A stretch of DNA of 64,000 nucleotides, from positions 23,631-87,630 of the forward strand of contig JBGVFH010000071.1 in assembly GCA_045120955.1 (NCBI GenBank). The letters run 5' to 3'. Positions 10,133 to 21,400 of the stretch are shown here, in pieces. This stretch comes from Eubacteriales bacterium. GTDB taxonomy: Bacteria > Bacillota > Clostridia > Oscillospirales > CAG-272. The position numbers and the translations under genes are program-made. Position 1 is the stretch's first letter. Every line of letters begins with the position of its first letter. The notes under the pieces are model-generated. The model did no database searches, was not told the DNA's origin, and saw only the letters and a program-made list of their open reading frames with translations.

Positions 10133-11377
10133 TTGAACGAGCAGATGAAAATTGAAGACGGCGGCGCTCAGAGCCGCAATATTATCAGTGTCAGTGCGCT
10201 CAATGACTATATAAAGGGCAGACTTGAGTCTGACAGATTTTTGTATGATATATATCTCCGAGGGGAGATATCGAATTTCACAAACCACTATAAAACGGGA
10301 CATTTCTACTTTTCTATAAAGGACGAGACGAGCGTTATCAAGGCGGTCATGTTCAAGGGCTATGCGTCGAAGCTCAGGTTCATACCCGAGAACGGCATGA
10401 AGATAATAGCTCACGGGCGCATCGGTGCTTATGTGAGGGACGGACAGTATCAGATATACTGCGACGATATAGAGCCGGACGGGGTCGGGTCGCTGTACGT
10501 AGCATACGAACAGTTAAAGCGCAAGCTTGAGGCTGAGGGGCTTTTTTCTCCCGAGAGAAAAAAGCCGCTGCCGAAGATACCGTCGAGAATAGGTGTCATC
10601 ACCTCGCCGACGGGTGCGGCTGTAAGAGATATAATAAATATTCTCGGCAGAAGATTTCCGTATGCGCAGATGGTGCTCTATCCCGCCCTTGTTCAAGGGG
10701 CTGAGGCGGCACCCAGCCTGATAAGCGGAATGCGCCATTTTAAAAAGAGAGCGGATGTGGATGTTATAATTATCGGGCGCGGAGGCGGCTCTATTGAGGA
10801 TCTGTGGGCGTTTAACGACGAAACGCTCGCACGAGAGATAGCATCCTCGCCTATCCCCGTAATATCCGCTGTAGGACATGAGACTGATTTTACCATATGC
10901 GATTTTGCCGCAGACAGACGTGCGCCAACACCGTCTGCCGCCGCAGAGCTTGCGGTTCCGGATACAAAGGACCTTATGCGCAGGATATCGAACGTGACCG
11001 ACAGATGCGAGTATCTTTTGTCTTCTGCCGTTGCGCAGAGAAAAAAGTATCTTGATGCCATAGCTACAAGACCTGTGCTGAAAAATCCGGAGAGATATAT
11101 TGACGAGCGGCGCATGGATCTTTTGAGTGTTGACGAGCGCATGACAAGAGCGATGACTGATATGAAAAAAAGCAAGGAGAGCTCTTTTACGCTCCTTGCG
11201 GCAAAGCTCAACGCACTCAGCCCTCTCTCGGTATTGACAAGAGGCTACAGCTTCGTATCCGACGGAGAAGGAAAAGTGCTGAAAAACGCACACGGGCTGA
11301 ATGTCGGGCAGAAAGTACGCATAAGCTTTGCCGACGGTGAAGCAGGGTGCAGAGTGGAAGATATAAAAACGAAATAA
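10133..11377 (+). CDS. xseA: exodeoxyribonuclease VII large subunit
   Basis: 414 aa with an N-terminal OB fold (GEISNFTNHYKTGHFYFSIKD) and the catalytic region GRGGGSIEDLWAFNDE. Confidence 0.93.
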   Translation: MNEQMKIEDGGAQSRNIISVSALNDYIKGRLESDRFLYDIYLRGEISNFTNHYKTGHFYFSIKDETSVIKAVMFKGYASKLRFIPENGMKIIAHGRIGAYVRDGQYQIYCDDIEPDGVGSLYVAYEQLKRKLEAEGLFSPERKKPLPKIPSRIGVITSPTGAAVRDIINILGRRFPYAQMVLYPALVQGAEAAPSLISGMRHFKKRADVDVIIIGRGGGSIEDLWAFNDETLAREIASSPIPVISAVGHETDFTICDFAADRRAPTPSAAAELAVPDTKDLMRRISNVTDRCEYLLSSAVAQRKKYLDAIATRPVLKNPERYIDERRMDLLSVDERMTRAMTDMKKSKESSFTLLAAKLNALSPLSVLTRGYSFVSDGEGKVLKNAHGLNVGQKVRISFADGEAGCRVEDIKTK

Positions 11378-11395
11378 TGATAACGGAGAACAAAC

Positions 11396-11644
11396 ATGAA
11401 CAGCAAGACAGAAGATATGAGCTTTGAGGCGGCACTTGCGAGACTTGAGAGTATAGTTCGTATGCTTGAGAGCGGTAACGCTCCGCTCGATGAGTCGCTT
11501 TCGGTTTTCGAAGAAGGTATAAGCCTTGTTAAAATGTGCAACGAAAAGCTTGAGGCGGCAGAGCAGAAGATAAAGATACTGACAAAGGGCGAGGGCGTGG
11601 AGCTTGTCGAAGAGGATTTTAAGCCTGCCGATATAAAAGGATAA
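11396..11644 (+). CDS. xseB: exodeoxyribonuclease VII small subunit
   Basis: 82 aa containing FEAALARLESIVRMLESGNAPLDESLSVFEEGISL. Located directly after xseA. Confidence 0.9.
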   Translation: MNSKTEDMSFEAALARLESIVRMLESGNAPLDESLSVFEEGISLVKMCNEKLEAAEQKIKILTKGEGVELVEEDFKPADIKG

Positions 11645-11668
11645 CTGTTTTTCTTTGGAGAGTACGGT

Positions 11669-12559
11669 ATGACGGTACACACGGATAATATTGAAAAATA
11701 CATAAAAGAAAGCGCCCGTGAAACGGAGACAGCCCTTGCGCAATGTTTTGAAAATTCGGATGAGGATATTGCTTCGCTGTATGATGCCATGGCTTATTCA
11801 ACTCTCGGCGCAGGGAAAAGGATAAGGGCGTTTTTGGTGCTTGAGTTTTGTCGTATTTTCGGCGGCGATATCGAGACGGCAAAGACGTTTGCCTGCGCAC
11901 TTGAGATGATACACGCATTTTCTCTCATTCATGACGACCTTCCGTGCATGGATAACGATGATATGAGAAGAGGAAAGCCCTCCTGCCACGTAAAATACGG
12001 CGAGGCGCAGGCTCTTATCGCTGGTGATGCTTTGCTTATACTTGCCTTTGAGACGGCTTGCTCGGCAAACGCCGAGCCGAGAACCGTGCTCGAGGCTGTA
12101 AGGCTGCTTTCGGAAAATGCGGGAGCGAGGGGCATGTGCGGAGGTCAGATAATGGATATGCACGCAGAAAGCGTGCGTGTGCCGTATGAATATCTGAAAA
12201 AGCTGCAAAGCCTTAAAACAGGGGCACTTATCGAGGCGGCGGCAAGGCTCGGATGTATTGCCGCAGGTGCCGACGGTAAGGCGTGCGAGGATGCGGTGAA
12301 ATACGCATCATGCATCGGCAGAGCTTTTCAGATAGTTGACGATATACTCGATGTCGAGGGGGACGAGGCGAGCCTCGGAAAGCCTGTCGGCAGCGACAGC
12401 GAGAGCAACAAGAGCACCTTTGTTACCGAGCTTGGTATCGAAGGCGCAAGAGCAGAGGCGAAGCGGCTGAGCGAAATGTCAAAGGAATATATCGTAAAAT
12501 ACAAGGGAGCGCAAAATCTGCTCGCTTTGTCGGATTGGCTGCTTGAAAGAAAAAATTAA
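11669..12559 (+). CDS. ispA: (2E,6E)-farnesyl diphosphate synthase / polyprenyl synthetase
   Basis: 296 aa with the first Asp-rich motif DDLPCMDNDDMRRG and the second DDILD. Confidence 0.9.
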   Translation: MTVHTDNIEKYIKESARETETALAQCFENSDEDIASLYDAMAYSTLGAGKRIRAFLVLEFCRIFGGDIETAKTFACALEMIHAFSLIHDDLPCMDNDDMRRGKPSCHVKYGEAQALIAGDALLILAFETACSANAEPRTVLEAVRLLSENAGARGMCGGQIMDMHAESVRVPYEYLKKLQSLKTGALIEAAARLGCIAAGADGKACEDAVKYASCIGRAFQIVDDILDVEGDEASLGKPVGSDSESNKSTFVTELGIEGARAEAKRLSEMSKEYIVKYKGAQNLLALSDWLLERKN

Positions 12560-12585
12560 CGTATAAACGGGAAGCTTGGTTTTTA

Positions 12586-13365
12586 ATGAGACTTGACTTA
12601 TATTTGCAGAGCAACGGTATGTGCCGAAGCCGTACAAAGGCAAAGGAGCATATATCCGAGGGCAGAGTAAAGGTAAACGGTACCGCCGTGACAAAGGCAG
12701 GCTATGAGGTGTGCGACGGTGATACCGTCGAATTTGACCGTCCCGAAAACGAGTATGTCGGACGAGGCGCTCATAAGCTCGAAGGAGCGTTAGATGCGTT
12801 TTCGGTTGACGTGTCGGGCAAGGCGTGTATAGACGTCGGAGCATCAACGGGAGGCTTTACTCAGATACTGCTCTCTCGGGGAGCTGAGTCTGTGACGGCT
12901 GTAGACTCGGGACGGGGACAGCTCGACCCCGTACTCAGAGAGGATAAGAGAGTAAGAAACGTTGAGGGATGCAACGCACGTTATATGACACGGGACGAGG
13001 TCGGAGACGGGTATGCGCTGGCGGTAATGGATGTTTCGTTTATATCGCAGACGTATATTTTCCCCGCACTTTTCCCTTTGCTTTGTGAAGACGGTGTGCT
13101 CATCTCACTTGTAAAGCCGCAGTTCGAGCTTGACTCAAGGAGCGTGGGCAAGGGCGTTGTTAAAAACCCCGATATGCGCTACAAGGCGCTTTTGCGAGTG
13201 TACGAGTCGGTGCTCGTATTCGGCTATCATGTAAGTGACGTTGCCGTTTCCCCTATATGCGGAGGAGACGGGAATATCGAGTATTTGTTTTTGATAGAGC
13301 GAGGTGCCGAGCGTGATGCCGTCAGACAAAAGCTGAGGGTGCTTTCGAGCGGTAAAGGCATCTGA
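12586..13365 (+). CDS. tlyA: TlyA family rRNA (cytidine-2'-O)-methyltransferase
   Basis: 259 aa with an S4 RNA-binding N-terminus (RLDLYL...) and an FtsJ-type methyltransferase domain (DVGASTGGFTQ). Confidence 0.85.
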   Translation: MRLDLYLQSNGMCRSRTKAKEHISEGRVKVNGTAVTKAGYEVCDGDTVEFDRPENEYVGRGAHKLEGALDAFSVDVSGKACIDVGASTGGFTQILLSRGAESVTAVDSGRGQLDPVLREDKRVRNVEGCNARYMTRDEVGDGYALAVMDVSFISQTYIFPALFPLLCEDGVLISLVKPQFELDSRSVGKGVVKNPDMRYKALLRVYESVLVFGYHVSDVAVSPICGGDGNIEYLFLIERGAERDAVRQKLRVLSSGKGI

Positions 13366-13399
13366 GGGATATATTCACATCAGCGTTCGGAGGTATGGT

Positions 13400-14284
13400 A
13401 TGGACTGTATTTCAAAAAAAGTAAAGACGGCGGTGCTCGTTACAAACACCGTCAAGGACAGAGAGCTTGAACATTTTAAAAAAATATACGAGCTTATAAA
13501 AGACAACGGGGCTGTAGTGCGTGTCCCCATCCTTTATAAAGAAATGCTCGGAGAGCGGTTCGACGTGACATTTTGCGAGGAGAGTCAGCTTTACCGAGAG
13601 GCAGATGCGGCGGTCGTTCTCGGAGGCGACGGAACTATACTAAAGGCGGCATCGGGAGCGATAGCTGAGGACTGTCCGATTCTCGGAGTAAATCTCGGCA
13701 GAATAGGCTATATGGCTGAAATAGGCAAGGACGAGACAGAGCAGATCAAGCGTCTGTTTGAAGGAAGATATAAGATAAGCGAGCGCATGACTCTTCATGT
13801 GAGTGTGGAGGACGGAGAAATGTGCCGTACTGTGTGCGAAAATGCCCTCAACGATGCGGTGCTTCGCCCTGCGAGCATGGGGCGTGTGCAGGCACTCAAC
13901 GTTTATTCCGACGGCGTGCGTGTGTCCGAGCACAGGGGGGACGGACTTATAGTTTCGACGCCCACAGGCTCTACGGCATATTCGATGTCAGCGGGCGGTC
14001 CCGTGTTTGACCCGTCGCTTGAATGTATGTGTGTCACTCCTGTGTGTTCTCTTTCTCCTGCGGCAAGGCCGATCGTTTTTTCTGCTGAATGCGAGATAGA
14101 GATAGAAAATGCGGACGAAAATGCCGGCGGAGTGTTTCTCAGCTGCGATGGAAACGAGGGAATGATAGTTGACAAGCACGCACGGATAATAGTGCGCCGT
14201 GCACAAAAAAAGGCAAAGCTCATTTCAATGGGCAACGAGGAGTTTTTCAATGTGCTCAGAAAAAAAATAATGAGCGCTATGTAA
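13400..14284 (+). CDS. nadK: NAD(+) kinase
   Basis: 294 aa with the GGDGT motif (VVLGGDGTILKA) and TPTGSTAYSMSAGGP. Confidence 0.92.
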   Translation: MDCISKKVKTAVLVTNTVKDRELEHFKKIYELIKDNGAVVRVPILYKEMLGERFDVTFCEESQLYREADAAVVLGGDGTILKAASGAIAEDCPILGVNLGRIGYMAEIGKDETEQIKRLFEGRYKISERMTLHVSVEDGEMCRTVCENALNDAVLRPASMGRVQALNVYSDGVRVSEHRGDGLIVSTPTGSTAYSMSAGGPVFDPSLECMCVTPVCSLSPAARPIVFSAECEIEIENADENAGGVFLSCDGNEGMIVDKHARIIVRRAQKKAKLISMGNEEFFNVLRKKIMSAM

Positions 14285-14302
14285 AAATAAGGAAGTAAAA
14301 TT

Positions 14303-14755
14303 ATGAAAAAAACAAGGCAGAGCAAGATAGTCGAGCTGATAAGCTCATATGATATCGAAACGCAGGATGAGCTGATATGCAAGCTTTCGGAGCACGGCTA
14401 CAAGGTCACTCAGGCGACGATATCCCGAGATATACGAGAGCTCAAGCTCACAAAGATATCAACGGGCAGCGGAGTGTATAAATATGTTATGCCCAAAGAG
14501 GATAAGGGCGGCAAGACGAAATTCAACAGTACCTTGACCGAGTCTATCACGCACGTTGACAGCGCACTCAACCAAATAGTGCTCAAAACCTACCCCGGTA
14601 TGGCGGTAGCTGTTGCGGTAGGAATAGACTCTATAAATATGCCCGAAATACTCGGGTGTGTTGCGGGGGACGACACGATAATCGTGATATGCCGTACGGT
14701 CGAGTCGGCGGACAGCATTGCGGATAACATAAAGCATCTTATAAGAACGCTGTAA
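14303..14755 (+). CDS. argR: arginine repressor
   Basis: 150 aa with a winged helix (VTQATISRDIRELKL) and the C-terminal oligomerisation/arginine site GCVAGDDTIIV. Confidence 0.92.
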   Translation: MKKTRQSKIVELISSYDIETQDELICKLSEHGYKVTQATISRDIRELKLTKISTGSGVYKYVMPKEDKGGKTKFNSTLTESITHVDSALNQIVLKTYPGMAVAVAVGIDSINMPEILGCVAGDDTIIVICRTVESADSIADNIKHLIRTL

Positions 14756-14781
14756 AAAGTATAAAGAAGGAGACGACGCTC

Positions 14782-16476
14782 ATGCTCTCTAATATTCATA
14801 TTGAGAATATAGCCGTTATAAAGAATATTGATATAGAGTTCGGTCACGGCTTTTGCGCTATAACCGGTGAGACGGGAGCGGGAAAGACTGTCATCATGGA
14901 CGCAATAAAGCTGCTTGTCGGGGCGAAGACCGACAGGGAGCTTATTCGGCACGGAGAGGAGCGTGCGCAGATAAGCGGGCTTTTCTCGGATATCGGCGAA
15001 GATGTGCAGAGGACTCTTTGCGATATGGGATACGAGTGCGAGGACGGGGAGCTTCTTGTCAGCCGCACCATAAGTGCCGACGGCAGGTCAAGCGTGAAAA
15101 TAAACGGCAAGAGCGCAACGGCATCCATGCAGAGGAGCATTGTCGGCTCGCTGCTTGACTTTCACGGTCAGCACGACAATGTCACACTGCTTGATAAAAA
15201 AACGCATCTGCGTATGCTTGATGAGTATGCCGACACCGCCTCCGAGCTTGCTTCTTACAAGGAAAAGTACGCAGAGTACACAGATGCAAAAAGGAAGCTC
15301 TCTTCATTTATTGAGCAGAGCAAGGATAAGCAGAGACAGCTTGAGCTTCTCACAGCTCAGATAAAGGACATCTCAGCGGTAAAGCCAAAGGTAGGCGAGG
15401 AGCAAAAGCTTGAGGCGGAGAGACTGAGACTTTCTAATATAGAAAAGGTAAGAAAGCAGGCAGGCTTTGCCTACAGAGCGATATACGGCGGAGAGAAGGG
15501 AAACGCCTGTATGCTTATAGATAAGAGCATCGGTTCGTTATCTGCGCTCTCTGAGGCGGTGCCCGAGTTTGCTGAGCTTTCCGCAAGACTGCGCAATGTT
15601 TATTATGAGCTGGGAGATATAGCGGAGGCAATAGGCGAGTATGCCGATGACGGTGAAGACCCGACGGCGGCACTCGACAAAATCGAATCAAGGCTCGATG
15701 CTATACGAAAGCTAAAGAAAAAATACGGAGCGGATATAGAAGAGATACTTGCCTTTTACGAGAAAGCAAAGAAAAAGGCAGGCGAGTACGAAAACTCGGA
15801 CTTGACCAAAGAGGAGCTTGAGCGTGATTACAATGCAAGGCTCGGGGAGCTTTCAGTCTTAGCTGAGGTGCTGAGTGAAAAGAGACGCCGTGCGGCAGAG
15901 CAGCTCTCGGAGGGCGTGTGCGAGGTGCTGTCTTTTCTTGATATGCCGAAGGTGCGCTTTGAGGCTCGTGTGAGCGAGCCCGATACAGGCAAAAAAAATA
16001 AGGAAAGCGCATATTCGCCCGACGGAGCGGACGATGTGGTGTTTTTGATGGCATTGTCCTCGGGCGAGCCGATGCTTGAGCTTTCAAACGCAAGCGGAGG
16101 AGAATTGGCACGTGTTATGCTTGCGCTGAAGAGCGTTCTTTGCCAAAGGTTCGGTGCTCAGACTGTTATATACGATGAAATAGATGCAGGAGTCAGCGGT
16201 AGGACGGCGAGAAAAATAGGAATGAAACTAAAACAAAGCGCAAAAAATGCTCAGGTAATATGCGTCACACACTCGGCGCAGATAGCATCATTGGCGGATG
16301 TTCATTACAAAATATGCAAAAATACGAGCGACGGGCGCTTTGAGAGTGATATACGGGAGCTTGACAGAGAGGGCAGGATAGAGGAGCTGTCAAGAATACT
16401 CGGAGGTCTGAGCGTTACACAAGCGCAAAGGCAGGCGGCTGAGGATATGCTCAACGGCGAGAGCGGGCTTTTATAA
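14782..16476 (+). CDS. recN: DNA repair protein RecN
   Basis: 564 aa SMC-like protein with Walker A GETGAGKT, a long coiled coil, and C-terminal signature/Walker B (SGGELARVMLAL...IYDEIDAGVSG). Confidence 0.95.
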   Translation: MLSNIHIENIAVIKNIDIEFGHGFCAITGETGAGKTVIMDAIKLLVGAKTDRELIRHGEERAQISGLFSDIGEDVQRTLCDMGYECEDGELLVSRTISADGRSSVKINGKSATASMQRSIVGSLLDFHGQHDNVTLLDKKTHLRMLDEYADTASELASYKEKYAEYTDAKRKLSSFIEQSKDKQRQLELLTAQIKDISAVKPKVGEEQKLEAERLRLSNIEKVRKQAGFAYRAIYGGEKGNACMLIDKSIGSLSALSEAVPEFAELSARLRNVYYELGDIAEAIGEYADDGEDPTAALDKIESRLDAIRKLKKKYGADIEEILAFYEKAKKKAGEYENSDLTKEELERDYNARLGELSVLAEVLSEKRRRAAEQLSEGVCEVLSFLDMPKVRFEARVSEPDTGKKNKESAYSPDGADDVVFLMALSSGEPMLELSNASGGELARVMLALKSVLCQRFGAQTVIYDEIDAGVSGRTARKIGMKLKQSAKNAQVICVTHSAQIASLADVHYKICKNTSDGRFESDIRELDREGRIEELSRILGGLSVTQAQRQAAEDMLNGESGLL

Positions 16477-16520
16477 AATGTTTAATATATAAAATTTATG
16501 ATTATTAAGGAAAAAACGGT

Positions 16521-17447
16521 ATGAATTTTTCTTTTGATATACAGAGCTATTTGTCAAGGCTCAATGAATATGAAGCTAAGACGATAAGATACATAGAAAA
16601 TTGTCCGATGGCATCACTTACGACCTTCAAAATAGGCGGTCCGTGCGCAGTTGCCGTGTTCCCCGAAAATGCAAGCGAGTTAATATATGCGGCAGAATGT
16701 GCACATGGAACCGGCGCAAAAGTGAAGGTCATCGGACGGGGGAGCAATCTTCTGTGTGCCGATGCGGGCTTTGACGGTATTGTTATCGTGTGCGACAACG
16801 CAGACAAGATCCGTGTCGAGGATGACATCATAGAGTGTGAGTGCGGGGCATCTCTTACCGCTGTTGCAAACGAGGCGTGCGAGGCAGGGCTGTGCGGTGC
16901 GGAGTTTATGTACGGTATTCCCGGAAGCATCGGCGGCGGTGTGTTTATGAATGCGGGCGCTTACGGCGGACAGATATCGGATGCGGTCATACGGGTGGAG
17001 TGCATGAATATAAACACCAAGCAAAGATTTGTACTGATGCGTGAGGAGCTTGATTTTTCCTACAGGCACAGCATTTTCACCGAGCATCCTGAGTATATCG
17101 TTTTGTCGGTGATGCTCAGACTCAGACACGGAGACAGAGACGGGATACAGGCAAAAATGCGTGATTATATCACCAGACGCAGAGAAAAACAGCCGCTTGA
17201 ATATCCGAGCGCAGGCAGTACCTTCAAAAGATGCGAGGGCTACTATACCTCTCAGCTTATAGACGAGGCGGGACTCAAGGGACTCAGCGTCGGCGGTGCC
17301 GCAGTATCCGAAAAGCATGCAGGCTTCGTTATAAACCGTGGCGGCGCTACCGCATCGGATGTTCTTGCGCTTGTTGATAAAATAAAAAAAGAGATATACT
17401 CAAAATACAACGTACAAATAGAATGTGAGGTAGAGTATATTGACTGA
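16521..17447 (+). CDS. murB: UDP-N-acetylenolpyruvoylglucosamine reductase
   Basis: 308 aa with an FAD-binding domain (GRGSNLL) and the C-terminal MurB domain (PSAGSTFKR, GGAAVSEKHAGFVIN). Confidence 0.93.
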   Translation: MNFSFDIQSYLSRLNEYEAKTIRYIENCPMASLTTFKIGGPCAVAVFPENASELIYAAECAHGTGAKVKVIGRGSNLLCADAGFDGIVIVCDNADKIRVEDDIIECECGASLTAVANEACEAGLCGAEFMYGIPGSIGGGVFMNAGAYGGQISDAVIRVECMNINTKQRFVLMREELDFSYRHSIFTEHPEYIVLSVMLRLRHGDRDGIQAKMRDYITRRREKQPLEYPSAGSTFKRCEGYYTSQLIDEAGLKGLSVGGAAVSEKHAGFVINRGGATASDVLALVDKIKKEIYSKYNVQIECEVEYID

Positions 17448-18336
17448 CAGAGAGCCTTCATTTACCGAGAGAGCGATATGCGAGGCTGTAGGTATTACAA
17501 GAAAAAATCTCTGTTGCGGCAGAGCGTTTGCCTTTGGCTTTATACTCGGAGCGGGGGAGCAAAGGGATAAGGACAATATATTTCTCAGAGCAAAGACGGC
17601 AGAGCTGTCAGAGTATCTGCAAAAGCTTGTGAGGGTGCAGTTCGGGCGTGAGGCTGTAGTGCGGTGCGTGAGCCAAAAGACGGGTACATACGAGCTGTCG
17701 TTTATATCTTCCCGAGCTGCCGATATGATAAACGACGCCGAAACGGCATACGAAAAAACGATGAAATGCTCGGGGTGTTCAGGCAGCTTTCTATGCGGAC
17801 TTTTTTGTGCGTGCGCAAGCATAAGCGACCCCAAGAGCGGATATTATCTGTCGCTGAGAATACCTCCCGAATACAAGGATACGGTCAGCCGCACGCTTGT
17901 GGAAGCAGACATCTCTGCTTCTTACAGAGAGAGCGGGAAAAAAGGTGTCTTTTATATGCGTGCAAGCGGCATAATTGAGGATTTTTTGGCTGTGTGCGGA
18001 ATGCAAAAGCTTCTTTTTGACTTTATGAACTGCAAAATAGAGAAGGAGATACGCAACAACGCAAACAGAAGCTCGAATATAGAATACAACAATATACAAA
18101 AAAGTGTCGGAGCGGCAAAGAAGTACATAGAGGCTATAGATTGGCTGAGGGAAAATGACAGACTCACGGGACTTGACTCGGAACTTCATGAGGCGGCAAG
18201 ACTGCGTGCCGAAAATCCCGAGTGCTCGCTGAGCACCCTCGGAGCAATGATGACACCTCCCGTGTCAAAGTCGGGGGTACTTCACAGACTCAACCGTATT
18301 TATGACATATATATCCGTGCTCTGAAAAAGGACTGA
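17440..18336 (+). CDS. whiA: DNA-binding protein WhiA
   Basis: 298 aa with a degenerate LAGLIDADG-like core and a C-terminal HTH (SKSGVLHRLNRI). The TTG start overlaps the murB stop. Confidence 0.85.
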   Translation: MTDREPSFTERAICEAVGITRKNLCCGRAFAFGFILGAGEQRDKDNIFLRAKTAELSEYLQKLVRVQFGREAVVRCVSQKTGTYELSFISSRAADMINDAETAYEKTMKCSGCSGSFLCGLFCACASISDPKSGYYLSLRIPPEYKDTVSRTLVEADISASYRESGKKGVFYMRASGIIEDFLAVCGMQKLLFDFMNCKIEKEIRNNANRSSNIEYNNIQKSVGAAKKYIEAIDWLRENDRLTGLDSELHEAARLRAENPECSLSTLGAMMTPPVSKSGVLHRLNRIYDIYIRALKKD

Positions 18337-18408
18337 CGGAGCGGATAAAACAGAAATTAGCTTCGGTACGGGACAGGATAGATGATCTAAAGGAAAGGGG
18401 AAAAGCGT

Positions 18409-21400
18409 ATGGGCGATTTTGTACATTTGCATTTGCACAGCGAATACAGTCTGCTTGACGGAGCGTGCCGTATCAGCGACATACCGAAAGCCGCAAAGGC
18501 GGCAGGACACAGCGCCGTTGCCATAACAGATCACGGAAATCTGTTCGGTGCATATGCTTTTTACCTATCCTGCAAAGCAGAAGGGATAAAGCCTATAATC
18601 GGATGCGAGGTGTATGTTGCGCCTCGTTCGATGAAGGACAGAGAGGGCAGAAAGGATGCAAGCGCAAACCATCTTGTTCTTCTGTGCAAAAACGAGGTTG
18701 GATATAAAAACCTGATAAAGCTTGTTTCGCAGTCGTACATTGACGGCTTTTATTCAAAGCCGAGAATAGACACGGAGCTGTTAAGAGAACATACAGAGGG
18801 GCTTGTGTGTCTCTCTGCCTGCCTTGCGGGATATATCCCGAGGCAGATATTGGCGGGCAATTTTGAAGGGGCGGTCGAGTATGCACAGATGCTTGACGGT
18901 ATGTTCGGTCACGGCAACTTTTTTCTTGAGGTTCAGGATCATTTTCTGCCCGATGACCGCACCGTCTGCGGCTCGCTGCTTGAAATTTCCAGACGCACGG
19001 GCATTGAGCTTGTTGCGACAAACGATGTGCACTATCTAAAAAAAGAGGACTCGTTCAATCAGGCGGTGCTGATGTGTATTCAGACGGCAAACGTGATAAC
19101 GGACGGCAGACCCATAGGCTTTGAGACGGACGAGTTTTACTACAAGAGCACGGACGAGATGCGTGAGCTGTTCGCCTTATATCCGAGGGCGTGTGAGAAC
19201 ACGGTCAAAATAGCGGAGATGTGCGATTTCTCCTTTGAAGAGGATAAGCTGTTTTTGCCGAAATTCCCGACAGAGAACGGGCAGAGCACATCGGATATTT
19301 TGCGACGGTGTGCGTTTGAGGGGTTTGAGAGAAGAATTGCAAACTCACAGATAAGCTTTGACAAGCACTCAAAAGAGGAATATATCAGCCGTGCGGAGTA
19401 TGAGCTTGAGATAATAGACAAGATGGGCTTTTCCGACTATTATCTTATAGTTGCAGACTACGTCGGATATGCAAAGAAAAAGGGAATTCCCGTAGGTCCG
19501 GGAAGAGGCTCGGGAGCGGGCAGTATAGTTGCGTTTTTTGTAGGGATAACGGATGTTGATTCTATAAAGTTCGATCTGCTCTTTGAGAGATTTCTCAATC
19601 CCGAGAGAGTGAGTATGCCCGACTTTGACGTTGATTTTTGCTACAACAGACGTGATGAAGTAATAGAATATGTAAAGGAGCGCTACGGAAAAGAGCGTGT
19701 TGCTCAGATAATCACCTTCGGCACCATGGCGGCAAGGGCAGCGATAAGAGATGTCGGAAGAGCGCTGGGGATGAGCTATTCGGCGGTAGACGCTGTTGCA
19801 AAGTCGGTACCGAAGGGGCTTGATGTTACTCTTGCGGACGCCATGAAGACAAAGCGGTTTCGTGAGATATACGAAAGCGGCGAGTCGGAGAAAAAGCTCA
19901 TTGACATAGCAATGGCACTCGAAGGTATGCCGCGCAACGCATCCACCCATGCGGCAGGCGTGGTCATTACCGACCGACCTGTCAGCGACTATGTGCCGCT
20001 TGCACGAAACGGTGAGACAGTCGTTACACAGTTTGACATGAACACGGTGGCGAAGCTCGGACTTGTAAAGTTTGATTTTCTCGCACTTCGCTACCTTACA
20101 ATAATACACGAGGCGGAGCGGCAGATTTCTGAGAGTACGGGTGAGCCGTTTGATATAAGCTGTATACCGCTCGACGATAAAAAGACCTTTAAGCTGATAT
20201 CTGGCGGAAACACAAACGGTATCTTTCAGCTTGAAAGCGGGGGTATGCGACAGGTCCTTACTCAGCTAAAGCCCTCGTCTATCGACGATATCATAGCTAC
20301 GATAGCGCTTTACCGTCCGGGACCGATGGACTCCATTCCAAGATATATAGAGCGTCGGCACGGCAGAGAGCTGCCGACATATCTGCATCCCTCACTCGAA
20401 GAGATACTGTCCGGTACTTACGGATGTATAGTGTATCAGGAGCAGGTCATGCAGATAGTTCGAAAGCTCGGCGGCTTTAGCTTCGGTCATGCGGACCTTG
20501 TCCGCCGTGCCATGTCGAAGAAAAAGGCAGAGGCAATGGAAGCGGAGCGAGGAGAGTTTGTGCGAGGATGTGAGCAGAACGGAATTACGGCAGACACCGC
20601 AAATGCGCTGTTTGACGAAATGGCATCCTTTGCATCCTACGCTTTTAACAAAAGTCATGCCGCAGCGTATGCCGTTATATCCTACAGAACGGCATATCTC
20701 AAAGCTCACTATACAAAATATTATATGGCGGCGCTCCTCTCAAGTGTGCTCGGCAACTTTGAAAAGACTGCCGAATATATCGGAGAAAGTGCAAAATTCG
20801 GCATAAAGGTGCTTGCCCCGAATATAAATGAAAGTAAAGTTGATTTTGCGGTAGTGGGGAATAACATTCGTTTTGGGTTGCTTGCGCTCAAGAATGTGGG
20901 GCAACAGTTCATTGAAAAGATCATTTATGAGCGAAACAGAGGCAGATTTGAGTCCTTTGAGGATTTTTTACGCCGAATGCAGCAAAGTCCTCAGTTCAAC
21001 AAAAGACAGATAGAATCGCTGATAAAGAGCGGTGCGTTTGACGGATTGGGGGCAAAGAGGAGCCAGCTGTATGCAACTTATGAAAAACAGATGGACGCAC
21101 TAAGCGAACGCGGCAGAAGCGAGGTTGCGGGGCAGATAGATATGTTCAGCGCATTTGAAGAGGACCTTGAGCGAAAGGGCTTTGAGTATCCGGAAATGCC
21201 CGAATATTCGGCAAAGCAGCTGCTTATGCTTGAAAAGGAGTCGAGCGGTATGTATTTTTCGGGGCATATGCTCGATGACTATAAGCTCGCTCTGTCCGAG
21301 ATACGCACAAATACGTCAACCGAGATACTTTCAGCCGCCGACAGCGAAGATGCCGATGTCGTCTCTCCCGATGCCATGCTCGGCGCTCTCGGTGATAACA

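Noticed and set aside
10514-11743. 409-aa minus-strand ORF (the longest unexplained ORF in the track), antisense to xseA/xseB
   Set aside because: It lies fully antisense to two well-supported genes. The translation is Arg/Cys/Leu/Phe-rich with no domain-like features and no SD or promoter context. This is a typical shadow ORF.
19369-20109. 246-aa minus-strand ORF inside dnaE, with similar antisense ORFs at 27048-27794 and 26339-27010 (nadE/GNAT), 16680-17318 (murB), 7582-8259 (M23 peptidase), 212-841 (aspS) and 55909-56472 (ruvX)
   Set aside because: All lie antisense to strongly supported genes and have low-complexity, Cys/Arg-rich translations.
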